From the IMG/VR virus record IMGVR_UViG_3300024996_000004: a stretch of DNA of 64,000 nt; one strand, given 5' to 3'. Shown piece after piece: positions 54,601 through 64,000 of this stretch; within the stretch, counting starts at the first letter, position 1; each line of letters starts with the position of its first letter. The notes below the pieces were generated by a model. The model saw nothing but the letters and a program-made list of their open reading frames with translations, was not told the DNA's origin and did not search any database. The translations under genes were made by a program, and so were the position numbers. Source of the stretch: a virus.

Positions 54601-55029
54601 ATGATAAAATTAGAAAGATTTTCTTCTACAGATGAAGGAACATTTGGAAAGTTGACATTTGATGATTTTTGTTGTTACACAGTGGAACGACCGTGGTTGG
54701 ATAATAAACCTTTCGAGAGTTGTATTCCAGAAGGTGAATACATTTTATCACATTATACATCTCCAAAATTTGGAAAAGTATTTGCAGTTTTGGGTGATAC
54801 TGTATCACTCTATCCGAAAATTGGTGCGAAACGTTCGGGCATCCTTATACATATTGCAAATACGATGCACGATTTAGCAGGATGTATAGGTGTTGGAGAT
54901 AGTATAGGTGAAATAAAAGATCAAAAAGCTGTTCTAAATAGTGCTATAACTTTTAAAGAATTTATGACAAAAATTAATGCATATGACAATATCCCATTTT
55001 TTATTTCGTATCAAAAAGGCGATATTTAA
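54601..55029 (+). CDS. DUF5675-like protein (L,D-transpeptidase-like fold, possible endolysin)
   Basis: T.G.L....CYTVERPW...SCIPEGEY and RSGILIH.AN..DLAGCIGVG; AATAAATA at 54574-54581. Confidence 0.75.
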   Translation: MIKLERFSSTDEGTFGKLTFDDFCCYTVERPWLDNKPFESCIPEGEYILSHYTSPKFGKVFAVLGDTVSLYPKIGAKRSGILIHIANTMHDLAGCIGVGDSIGEIKDQKAVLNSAITFKEFMTKINAYDNIPFFISYQKGDI

Positions 55030-55031
55030 TT

Positions 55032-55358
55032 ATGAAACAGAGTTTATCGTTTAAGGAATATTTGGACACTAAAGCACAATTGAAAAGTGCAGGAGAAAAT
55101 TGTCCAAGAGTAAAGCGATTATATGAAGCTAGAAAGTATTGTAAAATACCATTAACTGAAGATATGTTCGATGATAAAAAACAATATATCTCATTAAAAC
55201 CTAAAGATAAAATAGAAATATTATGGGAATATATTTCTATAGAAAATCCTACTCCAAAGCATATTATGTTAACCTTCGATGATGATCAAATCATGCATTT
55301 TTCGTGGTCTGATGCAAAGATTCGAAAATGGGTAGAAACCACTCTAACATTAATTTAA
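55032..55358 (+). CDS. Hypothetical late protein
   Basis: 108 aa, MKQSLSFKEYL N-terminus. Confidence 0.55.
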   Translation: MKQSLSFKEYLDTKAQLKSAGENCPRVKRLYEARKYCKIPLTEDMFDDKKQYISLKPKDKIEILWEYISIENPTPKHIMLTFDDDQIMHFSWSDAKIRKWVETTLTLI

Positions 55359-55414
55359 TTCCATATTGAACGCATTGAAACCATAAATATATCTGATTAT
55401 ATTAGGAACCTTCA

Positions 55415-56104
55415 ATGCAAGATGTTATACAATTATTATCTGATTATGGATGGGGTGTTGGCATACTGATGATAATTGGGTATGTGTTATGGGTATATTT
55501 CAAACATAAAATACCGTCATTATTCTCAGATAGAGCATCCGACAATCATTTGTCAAACATAGACCAGTCTATTCGATTGGATAATAGTGCCAATTTATCA
55601 TATCATTCATTTTTTGCTAATGCTCAATATAGATTGAATGTGGAAGTCCCTAATCTAGACTTATTGCCTAATAAACCTGTTAAACAACAAATGTTTCGCG
55701 ACATTTTAGGGATATATATTAGAAACCTGTATAAAACTTGTAAAGATATATCTGATTTAGATATGAATGATTGGTCGCCTGAAAAATGGTGTGATGAAAT
55801 CACTCGAAAATTAAATAGTAATATGTCTGAATTTATTTCCGCATGTCTTTCTCATGGTGTTCCTGAAATTGTTATGACTAAATTCTTCAAATGGCATCAA
55901 CCAACTCAAGAAATTTTATTTGAAGGAGTTATGTCATTAGGTAATTCAACTATTTTTAATAGTAATGTTATTAGAACAAATACATTATTTTTTATATTAA
56001 ATTTATTACTTGTCACGACGATAGCAGATTCTGAAAAAACTTTAAAAGAATTGAATGGTGAGATTCATGGAAAAATTTATAATGGTCAAACCATTGAGGA
56101 ATAA
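55415..56104 (+). CDS. Membrane protein with one N-terminal TM and a large soluble domain (holin-like topology)
   Basis: YGWGVGILMIIGYVLWVYF segment; CATAAATA at 55382-55389. Confidence 0.5.
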   Translation: MQDVIQLLSDYGWGVGILMIIGYVLWVYFKHKIPSLFSDRASDNHLSNIDQSIRLDNSANLSYHSFFANAQYRLNVEVPNLDLLPNKPVKQQMFRDILGIYIRNLYKTCKDISDLDMNDWSPEKWCDEITRKLNSNMSEFISACLSHGVPEIVMTKFFKWHQPTQEILFEGVMSLGNSTIFNSNVIRTNTLFFILNLLLVTTIADSEKTLKELNGEIHGKIYNGQTIEE

Positions 56105-56109
56105 TTAAT

Positions 56110-59070
56110 ATGTCAATATATCAAGGCTTTGCTGATGTTTCTGGAAGCATCGAAAAAGAAGGACAAGAAATAACCATCCAATTCACAAGAAATTCAGATG
56201 GAACTGGCACTATTACTTGGAATATTCCACCGCCTTCACAAGGATGTGCAACAGGTACACAAGCCTACAATGGTATCGTCGTTACTATTGATAAAAAAGC
56301 TGCTAATTATATCACAACGTCTCCAAGCAATGGTATTATGTACAATGGTGATCCTACAGCTGATCCTGATTTGAATGTTGGTAGCAAATTAGATACTGCA
56401 TTAGTTATTGGTGCATTTTATAATGATAAAACCACAACATCATTAAAAGTATCAAATATTGATCCTAATACATTTTATTACGTTTCGGGTTATGCAGTTG
56501 ATAATGTGGGAACTTATCACCGTGAAGGTGTTCATGCCTATTCACTTCCTACTGGTGTTGATGTAGGTGAAACACTTTATTATAATGCTTATCAAGATAT
56601 TATTCTATTGCCTCGTGATAGCGCAACTACAAAAATTACTGAAGATACACTAACAGGTTTAGATAAAACTAAAACTTATCCACTTCACATTCTTATTGAC
56701 GGAACAGAAAACAAATATTTGCAAATTCAAGGTTCTGAAGCACAAAGTTATCGTGATCTTGTAACAGCTATTAACAATCAATTTAAGTTAACGACATATA
56801 ATTCATACAATAGTCCATTACCACCACATGCTAATGAATTATTTTTAAATCTTAATAACTCGACTTTAAATTTATGGAATGGTTCATCTTATAGTGATCA
56901 GGATGTATTATTTTCCAATGTTGATCCATCATTAGCAACACAAGGAGTTTATTGGTTAAATCCAGATAATAACATTATCAAAATGTATGAAACAGGTGGA
57001 TGGACTACACAATCCGTTATAAATTATGCAACTGACCCAACGATGCCATCATGTGGGACATTATGGTTTAATGGAACAGATGCTTATGAGTGGGACGGTG
57101 ATCATTGGTGTAAACTATGCCTTTACATACAATCGAGAAATCCATCATTAGCTCCATTATTAGATTGCACTTATTATTGGTACAATATTGAAAGTGGAAT
57201 ATTAACAAAATGGAGTGTAAATCATCAAGAATTTGAAGATGTCTTAGCCATAATTTCAGATAAAGACCCTAATACTCTTGGTGTTGGTGATTTTTGGTTT
57301 AATGAAACTGATGGTATTATGTATAAGTATTCAGCAGGCATGTGGAATGTTAACGTCAATACTCGTTATGACCAACCTAATGCTGAAGGTGATTTAGATT
57401 ATCCTACAGCTAATGGATATTGGTTGAATCCTGTTACACAAGAATTTTTCAAACGAGATTCTACGAATACTTATTGGATTCCTACATCATACACTATGTA
57501 TCCCACTGATCCAATGATTCGATCAAGTTGTGAATTATGGTGGAATAAAACGCCATCCGTAGATACTTTATATGCATGGGATATAGTGGATAATGAATGG
57601 AAAGCTGTAAGCAATTTTATACAACAAGTTATTGATCCATCACTCCCTCCAAACTTGCCAAATTGTGCAGTTTGGTATAATCCTACAACTCAAAAATTGA
57701 TGTATATTTTGGGTAACAGTTGTTCATCTCCAGATTATATTAATTATCTATATAATCCTATTCATCCAGTTGTAGGAACATTATGGCATAATACTACAAC
57801 AGATACTTATTCAGTTTGGAATGGCACTGGATGGGATAGTATCAAACCTTTAATTTCAACGTTTGATCCTTACATATTATATAATGGATATTATTGGTTT
57901 AATCCAGATAATAACGTGTTAAATAAGTGGAATGGTACTGCATGGATTAATACCCCATATTCAATAACGACATTAGTTCCTGAAATTGGAACACAATGGT
58001 TGAATACATCAACAACTGAATTATATCAATGGAATGGAACAACTTGGATTGTAGAATTACCTATAATTACGGTACAGTTTAAATATCAAGTAAGTAAATA
58101 TCCATCATTAAATGGTAGACCATATCTATTCTTCTTGTTTAATCGTGCGGGATGTGGTCATAGCATTCGAATTATGCCAGATGCTGATGGTATATTTGCG
58201 CTTCTTCCTTATCATTCTGTCATTTATGATGAACCAAAAATAGGAACCAATGGTCCTGATCCGGGTTCTATGTATGAACAAATTGGCGTTGGTACTGATG
58301 GCTCGCCCGATGAACGCCGAATTCTTCATGAAACTATACGAACCTTATTAGGTAACATCGGTGTTCAAGTAGAATTAACAAAAACTCAAATTGATCAATG
58401 TATTGACAACGCTTTATTGATGTTTAGACGTTATTCAAGTTATGCTTATACTAGAAACTTTTTCTGGTTAGATGCTCAACCTAATCAACAGACTTATGTT
58501 ATGGCATCACATTGTGTAGGATTTAATAAAATTACTAATATTAGAGCTATCTATAGAATGCGTGCAGGTTGGATTAGAACTGGTTTAGCAGGTAATGAAC
58601 TATTTGGTATCGCGGCTTTGCAACAATTGTATAGCATTGGCACATTTGATATGTTAAGCTATCATCTAATGTCATCTTATATGAAAGAATTAGAACAATT
58701 ATTTGCTACTAGAATTATGTTCCAATGGGTAGAAACGACTAGAGAATTAAGACTATTTCAACGAGTGTTGGAAGGAGAACGTTTATTAATTGATGGAACT
58801 ATTGAAAGAACTGAACAAGATATATTAACAAATAGAGCATCTGCATTGTGGATTCAATCATGGGCTTTAACCGAAGCTAAGAGAATTCTATCTCAAGTTA
58901 GAGGAAAGTATTTGAATCTTCCCGGTCCTAATGGAAGTACAAACTTGAATGCTCAAGATTTAGCATCACAAGCTGAAACAGAAAGAACGACATTATTAGA
59001 AGAATTACACGATCCGGCTATGGGTAATTTGGAAGATGTTGGTTTGGCAGCACACTTTGTTATAGGATAA
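56110..59070 (+). CDS. gp13: Neck protein (T4 gp13-like C-terminus) with large Trp-repeat insertion
   Basis: C-terminal LLGNIGVQVELT..QIDQCIDNAL...K..LSQVRGKY..LPGP.G.T.LN matches gp13. The centre has about 11 W(Y/F/L)N...W.G..W repeats. Confidence 0.8.
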   Translation: MSIYQGFADVSGSIEKEGQEITIQFTRNSDGTGTITWNIPPPSQGCATGTQAYNGIVVTIDKKAANYITTSPSNGIMYNGDPTADPDLNVGSKLDTALVIGAFYNDKTTTSLKVSNIDPNTFYYVSGYAVDNVGTYHREGVHAYSLPTGVDVGETLYYNAYQDIILLPRDSATTKITEDTLTGLDKTKTYPLHILIDGTENKYLQIQGSEAQSYRDLVTAINNQFKLTTYNSYNSPLPPHANELFLNLNNSTLNLWNGSSYSDQDVLFSNVDPSLATQGVYWLNPDNNIIKMYETGGWTTQSVINYATDPTMPSCGTLWFNGTDAYEWDGDHWCKLCLYIQSRNPSLAPLLDCTYYWYNIESGILTKWSVNHQEFEDVLAIISDKDPNTLGVGDFWFNETDGIMYKYSAGMWNVNVNTRYDQPNAEGDLDYPTANGYWLNPVTQEFFKRDSTNTYWIPTSYTMYPTDPMIRSSCELWWNKTPSVDTLYAWDIVDNEWKAVSNFIQQVIDPSLPPNLPNCAVWYNPTTQKLMYILGNSCSSPDYINYLYNPIHPVVGTLWHNTTTDTYSVWNGTGWDSIKPLISTFDPYILYNGYYWFNPDNNVLNKWNGTAWINTPYSITTLVPEIGTQWLNTSTTELYQWNGTTWIVELPIITVQFKYQVSKYPSLNGRPYLFFLFNRAGCGHSIRIMPDADGIFALLPYHSVIYDEPKIGTNGPDPGSMYEQIGVGTDGSPDERRILHETIRTLLGNIGVQVELTKTQIDQCIDNALLMFRRYSSYAYTRNFFWLDAQPNQQTYVMASHCVGFNKITNIRAIYRMRAGWIRTGLAGNELFGIAALQQLYSIGTFDMLSYHLMSSYMKELEQLFATRIMFQWVETTRELRLFQRVLEGERLLIDGTIERTEQDILTNRASALWIQSWALTEAKRILSQVRGKYLNLPGPNGSTNLNAQDLASQAETERTTLLEELHDPAMGNLEDVGLAAHFVIG

Positions 59071-59073
59071 TTT

Positions 59074-60816
59074 ATGTCTGATTGCATTCCATGTCAAATG
59101 AATTCACCTAAAACTTTATCTTCTCAAAATCCAACAATATCACCTACTGCGACGTTAGATTGTGGAACATCTATTAATACAGATGGCAATTGTGCATTAA
59201 ATTCTGATGGAACTCCCATTGTAACTCCAACAACATCATCCAATGCAGCATGTGTGGATAATGGTTCAGGATTGAAATGTCCAGTGAATCCAATATGTTC
59301 ACCATGGGATTTAACACAAAACTCTGATACATGTGAAGTTGACGGTTATATTGCCGAACAATTACAAGTTGCGGGAGCAGTGTTAAATGTTTATAAACTT
59401 TTAGGCATTCATGAACAAGGAAAACTTATAGATTTAATTGGTAATGGTGCTCCTATTTCTAATGGATCATTATTTAATTTTCCGGCAAGCAATGCTTTTA
59501 CAAAATATGTAACAGAATGGCGTTCGGCTCAAACTGGAAACAACGTTGTTACAGAAAGTTATTTAGGATATGATTTTGGACCTATTAGATTATCTAATGG
59601 CCGAGTACGATATGGTATTGAAACATCAGTAAAACACGATGTATCCATGATAAAAATAAAACAGGGATGTAATTCTGAAAACAGAATCACACAAGCTAGA
59701 ATAGAACGTTCATCGGATGGTCTAAAATGGTATGGAGCCGCTGTTATTAATCTGCCCGATTGTGACGGGTTAGTTACTATTCCATTTAATAAAACGGTTC
59801 CATCAAGATTCTGGAGAATTAGACCGTTAACATTCAATGGTTCTGTTGATGATTATTGGACGGTACAAGCTTTGCAGTTAATCGATTATGAAGAAACAAA
59901 TATTTCTAATATTCAAGATAGAATATTATTGGAAAATCGAGACAGAGATTATCAAACTACTATTATTCCGATGAAGTGTTATTATAATCCTATTGATGTT
60001 CAAGCCAATGCATCGAAATTTGGTTTCTTTCAGACTGATGTATACACTATTCAAGTTAGTTTTGGTGAAACTGTAAATTCATTAGGTCGCCCGTTTGTGA
60101 TAGGTGACATATTACAATTGCCATCGGAAACTCAATATTCTGCAACGATGAAACCTGTATTGAAATATCTTGAAGTTACTGATGTAGCGTGGAGCACAAC
60201 AAGCTATACTGCAAGTTGGATTCCGACTATGCAACGATTGTTGGCAACTCCTGTTATGGCTTCTCAAGAAACGCAACAAATATTTGGTAAATTGACAGAA
60301 GATCAAGATTCTACCGGATTGGTAGATATTGATGATGGCAATAATCAAAAATATCAGGATGTCTCAACATTCTCACAAACTAGCAAAGCTTTAGCTAATG
60401 ACGCCGTTCCTGAACGTGGTCAAGATAATTCCAGTATTGCAGAAATATCACAAGAAGCAGTAGATTATGCAAAAACTAATTTACCCGGTTTAAATATGAA
60501 CAAGTTGAATGCTTCTAAAAACGCTTACAGTGACGATGCACTGCCACCCAATGGATTACCATTCACTGTAGGCGACGAATTCCCCGTAGCCCCTAAAAAT
60601 GGCGATTATCATCGTTTGACATACACGCAGTTAAGTAAGAATGGAAAAGATATTCCTCCTAGACTATATCGCTTTTCATCTAGAAAGAAATTTTGGATAT
60701 ATTTAACAACAGATATGCGCTATGCTGCTAGAAAAACTAAACCAAAATTGCAAGAATTCACCGATCCACAATCTGTAAATGAATTAACAATTCCATTCCC
60801 AACATCTACTCCATAA
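59074..60816 (+). CDS. gp14: Neck/head-closure protein (T4 gp14-like) with discoidin-like insertion
   Basis: EQLQVAGAVLNVYKLLG, ILLENRDRDY, FGETVNSLGRPFVIGDILQLP and P..P.NGDYHRL..; the inserted region reads YLGYDFG..SSDGLKW..RFWRI. Confidence 0.7.
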   Translation: MSDCIPCQMNSPKTLSSQNPTISPTATLDCGTSINTDGNCALNSDGTPIVTPTTSSNAACVDNGSGLKCPVNPICSPWDLTQNSDTCEVDGYIAEQLQVAGAVLNVYKLLGIHEQGKLIDLIGNGAPISNGSLFNFPASNAFTKYVTEWRSAQTGNNVVTESYLGYDFGPIRLSNGRVRYGIETSVKHDVSMIKIKQGCNSENRITQARIERSSDGLKWYGAAVINLPDCDGLVTIPFNKTVPSRFWRIRPLTFNGSVDDYWTVQALQLIDYEETNISNIQDRILLENRDRDYQTTIIPMKCYYNPIDVQANASKFGFFQTDVYTIQVSFGETVNSLGRPFVIGDILQLPSETQYSATMKPVLKYLEVTDVAWSTTSYTASWIPTMQRLLATPVMASQETQQIFGKLTEDQDSTGLVDIDDGNNQKYQDVSTFSQTSKALANDAVPERGQDNSSIAEISQEAVDYAKTNLPGLNMNKLNASKNAYSDDALPPNGLPFTVGDEFPVAPKNGDYHRLTYTQLSKNGKDIPPRLYRFSSRKKFWIYLTTDMRYAARKTKPKLQEFTDPQSVNELTIPFPTSTP

Positions 60817-60878
60817 AACATTCGCATTGATTTAAACCTGAATACCTGATAAATTATGTAGGTTAGGATAATTAAAAT

Positions 60879-62300
60879 ATGAATGTAACAAAGCAAAAGA
60901 TGATTTTAGAATATCTATTATCATCCAAAGATTTATATGCACGAGTAGTAAACATAATAAAACCGAATTATTTTGATCCTGAATTACGTCAAGTCTTTTT
61001 ATTTGTTCAAAAATATTTTGAAAAATATTCAACTCTACCAAAATTAGATAAAATCAAAGCGGAACTTGATCAAGATTTTACATTAAAAACCTTAGATAAA
61101 GACGATATAAATTACATATCAGAAGAATGTGAAAAATTTGCCAAAGAATCTGCCATTAAAGATGCTATACAAATGTCAATGCAAGATATGGTTAAAGGCA
61201 ACTATGATAAAGTTACAACAAACATATTAGAAGCAGTGAAGATATCTATAGATAGAGATGTTGGCATAGATTTATATGATAATCCCGAACAACGATTGAA
61301 AGATTGTATTGATTCATTGGAATTAATTCCAACAAACATAAAGGCATTGGATAATATTCTAGGTGGATGCGCTAGAAAACAACTTACATTAATATCTGCA
61401 AACTCAGGTGTAGGTAAATCAGTATTAATGTCTAACTTGGGTGATAATTATGCTGCAGCTGGATATCATGTTTTATATATTTCATTAGAACTCTCTGAAG
61501 ATATGATTTTTACTCGTTTAGCTTCTATTGCTACGGGTGAAGATACAAAAACTTGGAAGCAAAATATTCCTAAAATTGCATCGAAGATTAATGATATAAA
61601 AGAAGCTGGTGCAGGTTCTTATGTTATCAAACGCATGAAGAATGGTTCTAATGCTAATGACATTAGAGCTTACTTGAAACAATATCAACTGATATTCGAA
61701 AGAACTCCTGACATTATTATTGTTGATTATCTTGATATTATGACACCCATTGGTGGAATTTCGGGATTAAGTATATCAGAACAAGATAAAGCAAAATCCG
61801 AACAATTATACGAAATTGGCGTAGACTATGATGCCATTATGTTCTCTGCATCTCAACAGAACAGAGATGGCATTAAACAAGCTTCGCCAGATCAAGCTGT
61901 TATTGCCGGTGGATTTGCCAAAATAAATATTGTGGATAATTATATGTCAATCCATATGACTCCTGCTATGCGACTGGAAGGAATTATGATTTTGTATTTC
62001 CTTAAAACGCGATCATCATCAGGTGTTGGGGATAATATAGTTCTCAAATTTAATAGAGATAATTTACAAATTACAGATAATGATGATGAAGGAAAAATGA
62101 GAGCAATGGTTGCAAGATTATCTAAAGCAACTAAAGCAATTTCGCCAACAAAAAATGAAACATCAAATCCATCTTCATCTTATTCAGTAATGACTGAATC
62201 TATTGAAGGATTGCCTAAAGATGATAACGATGATCAGTCAGAAGTAGTCGATGATAACATTGAGGATATTTTAAATTTTATGTCGTTTATAAACCGATGA
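60879..62300 (+). CDS. gp41: Replicative DnaB-like helicase (T4 gp41-like)
   Basis: SANSGVGKS, YISLELSE, IIIVDYLDIM, SASQQNR and KTRSS motifs. Confidence 0.9.
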   Translation: MNVTKQKMILEYLLSSKDLYARVVNIIKPNYFDPELRQVFLFVQKYFEKYSTLPKLDKIKAELDQDFTLKTLDKDDINYISEECEKFAKESAIKDAIQMSMQDMVKGNYDKVTTNILEAVKISIDRDVGIDLYDNPEQRLKDCIDSLELIPTNIKALDNILGGCARKQLTLISANSGVGKSVLMSNLGDNYAAAGYHVLYISLELSEDMIFTRLASIATGEDTKTWKQNIPKIASKINDIKEAGAGSYVIKRMKNGSNANDIRAYLKQYQLIFERTPDIIIVDYLDIMTPIGGISGLSISEQDKAKSEQLYEIGVDYDAIMFSASQQNRDGIKQASPDQAVIAGGFAKINIVDNYMSIHMTPAMRLEGIMILYFLKTRSSSGVGDNIVLKFNRDNLQITDNDDEGKMRAMVARLSKATKAISPTKNETSNPSSSYSVMTESIEGLPKDDNDDQSEVVDDNIEDILNFMSFINR

Positions 62301-62308
62301 GGATAAAA

Positions 62309-62560
62309 ATGAAAACAAGTAATGTGATAGAAAAAACAACTAACTTAAAAATGAATAATGCTGAAGTAAAAGTTGCTTCATTACCGGAGGAAATTCGATA
62401 TGAAGTTGAAACATTAGACAGATTTAATCAAAAGAAATTGGATATACTTAGTGAGTTGGAAATTATAGAATTGGCTATTCATTCACAAAAATTAAAATTG
62501 GGTGAAATGATAACAAAACTATCCAAACCTTTACAAGAATCGGATACCGACAAAGAATAA
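62309..62560 (+). CDS. Small coiled-coil hypothetical protein
   Basis: GAGG RBS before the ATG at 62309. Confidence 0.55.
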   Translation: MKTSNVIEKTTNLKMNNAEVKVASLPEEIRYEVETLDRFNQKKLDILSELEIIELAIHSQKLKLGEMITKLSKPLQESDTDKE

Positions 62561-62590
62561 GCACATAAATAGAGGAAATGAGTCGGAATC

Positions 62591-63061
62591 ATGATTAAAG
62601 GATTGACAACTAAAAAATCTGCATTGGAGAATTTTTTCAACTTACCTGATGTTGTAGATGATGAATCTAAAGAATTGCAAGAAGCAAAACATGCAGAAGA
62701 ATCTTCGTATGATACTAAAGATGTTGAAAATGAAAATCTTTTCGATGAAGTATATAATAAAGCATTGAGCACATATGAAAAAATATTGGACGATATAGAA
62801 GACATCGATCCTAAATATGGTGCACGAAATTATGAGGTTGCAGCAAACTTTTTAAGTACAGCTTTGCATGCTGCAGATAAACGTGCTAAACTTAAAGAGC
62901 ATAAAGATAAATTAAATAAAGTAACTAAGAAAGGTAATGTAACCACTAATAACACAGTCAACATAAACACCACCGATCTTATTAAACAGCTTAGAGCGGA
63001 AACCGTTATTGATGCCGAAGTTGTTGAAGTAACACCAAAACAGGATATTATTAATGAATAA
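62591..63061 (+). CDS. Probable terminase small subunit (T4 gp16-like)
   Basis: ARNYEVAANFL...KLK...NNTVNINTTDLIKQL pattern; CATAAATA at 62564-62571. Confidence 0.6.
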   Translation: MIKGLTTKKSALENFFNLPDVVDDESKELQEAKHAEESSYDTKDVENENLFDEVYNKALSTYEKILDDIEDIDPKYGARNYEVAANFLSTALHAADKRAKLKEHKDKLNKVTKKGNVTTNNTVNINTTDLIKQLRAETVIDAEVVEVTPKQDIINE

Positions 63062-64000
63062 ACAATTACTTTCGAATGCTACAGAAGATTTCATTTTAAA
63101 ATATAGAGCAGCAGTAAAAGTAAAGTTAACTAAAGAACAATTTGCAAACTATCTTGGAATTAAACCAAAATCAGTTTTGCGTCGTAAGCAAGAAATTGGC
63201 AAAACTATAGGATTACAGTTACCTTTTCTTATATCCAACAAAACTCTCCCATTAACTGATGATATTATTAATGGATATGAAACTGTTCTGTATAGCATGG
63301 CTGATGGATATATTAAATCTGAAAAAGTAAATAACGTAAATGATAAACTTAAAACCAATATTAAACCTAATCAACGCTATGTAATTACTTCTGCACAAAA
63401 TGCTACTCCTATTCATGAGGGATTTTTGAAGTCTTTGAAAACATACTGTGCATACAATGACGCACAATTGCTTATCATCCCATATCGTTATAAAAATCCT
63501 ACTTCAGTATTCACTGATTCTAATCAGGATTGGTGGCATAATTCATTATCTGAATACATCATTACTGACGAAATCAAAGTTGGTAAGCATATCCGCATTA
63601 TGGGCAATATTAAGATTCAGCCTACTGCAACATCGCCATTGTCAGGCTTTGATACTGTTGTTGGATTAGATTCGGCTATTTTCGGTCATCCTAATGTAGA
63701 ATTAAAAATGGTTCCGTCTGTACCCGGAAAAATGCCTAAAATGTTAGTGACTACAGGTTCAATAACTTCTCCCAATTATACTGACAGTAAAGCCGGTCAT
63801 AAGGGAGCATTTAATCATTCTTATAGTGCTGTTGTACTTGAAATTAATGATAATGAAACTTTCCATATCAGACATGTTACAGCTGATAATCGTGGATTTT
63901 TCCATGATTTGGATAAAAAGTATACATGGACTAACGTAGAAACTAACGTTAGAGTGACAGCATTGGTCGCTGGCGATAGTCATGCAGAGATTATTTCACA
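63054..64000 (+). CDS. T5 A1-like / metallophosphoesterase-related protein, truncated by the window edge (not in the ORF track)
   Basis: Manual translation: MNKQLLSN..N-terminal HTH-like segment, RYVITSAQNATPIHEGF, IQPTATSPLSG, IFGHP, TTGSIT.PNY..SKAG and LVAGDSH. Confidence 0.65.
   Translation, partial: MNKQLLSNATEDFILKYRAAVKVKLTKEQFANYLGIKPKSVLRRKQEIGKTIGLQLPFLISNKTLPLTDDIINGYETVLYSMADGYIKSEKVNNVNDKLKTNIKPNQRYVITSAQNATPIHEGFLKSLKTYCAYNDAQLLIIPYRYKNPTSVFTDSNQDWWHNSLSEYIITDEIKVGKHIRIMGNIKIQPTATSPLSGFDTVVGLDSAIFGHPNVELKMVPSVPGKMPKMLVTTGSITSPNYTDSKAGHKGAFNHSYSAVVLEINDNETFHIRHVTADNRGFFHDLDKKYTWTNVETNVRVTALVAGDSHAEIIS

Noticed and set aside
45-63983. Numerous short antisense or alternate-frame ORFs in the track (e.g. 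1475-1789, 10727-11185, 17507-17878, 28471-28698, 48179-48415, 49376-49687, 62479-62805)
   Set aside because: They are shadows of well-supported genes or tRNAs, without RBS, promoter or recognisable motifs.

Overview
This window is 64 kb of a very AT-rich (about 70% AT by eye) jumbo myophage with a distant T4-like core. Core genes include baseplate/tail-assembly proteins, a RuvC-like nuclease, a DinG helicase, gp47/gp46, the gp55 late sigma factor, a tape-measure-like protein, portal, prohead protease, scaffold, major capsid, gp13/gp14-like neck proteins, a gp41 helicase and a probable small terminase. Two promoter classes recur: host sigma70-type TTGACA-17-TAnnnT and gp55-type nATAAATA late promoters. 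A 31 kb accessory island sits between the prohead protease and the scaffold/capsid genes. It holds a proteostasis operon (Ntn protease, thioesterase, SLOG, PTH2), a PrkA(intein)-YeaH-SpoVR operon, 12 tRNAs, a split WGR-PARP, a five-gene sugar-modification cluster, an unassigned pseudoknotted RNA, ClpP, a porin-like gene with an internal TGA, a Ser/Thr phosphatase and Acb2. The best candidate for an undescribed system is at 27939-28846. There a 31-codon leader peptide has 16 of residues 2-18 drawn from N/K/Y/D/H/F/I, the amino acids of the downstream tRNAs (Tyr, His, Asp, Phe, Lys, Asn, Lys, and Ile just after). It overlaps mutually exclusive antiterminator/terminator hairpins, which suggests an attenuator that turns on replacement tRNAs when those tRNAs are depleted. 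Other notable items are a phased T_TTT_TTT -1 frameshift site in the baseplate-hub/tail chaperone gene and a tRNA-Ile with a class II variable arm. All family assignments come from motif recognition by eye; no database search was run.
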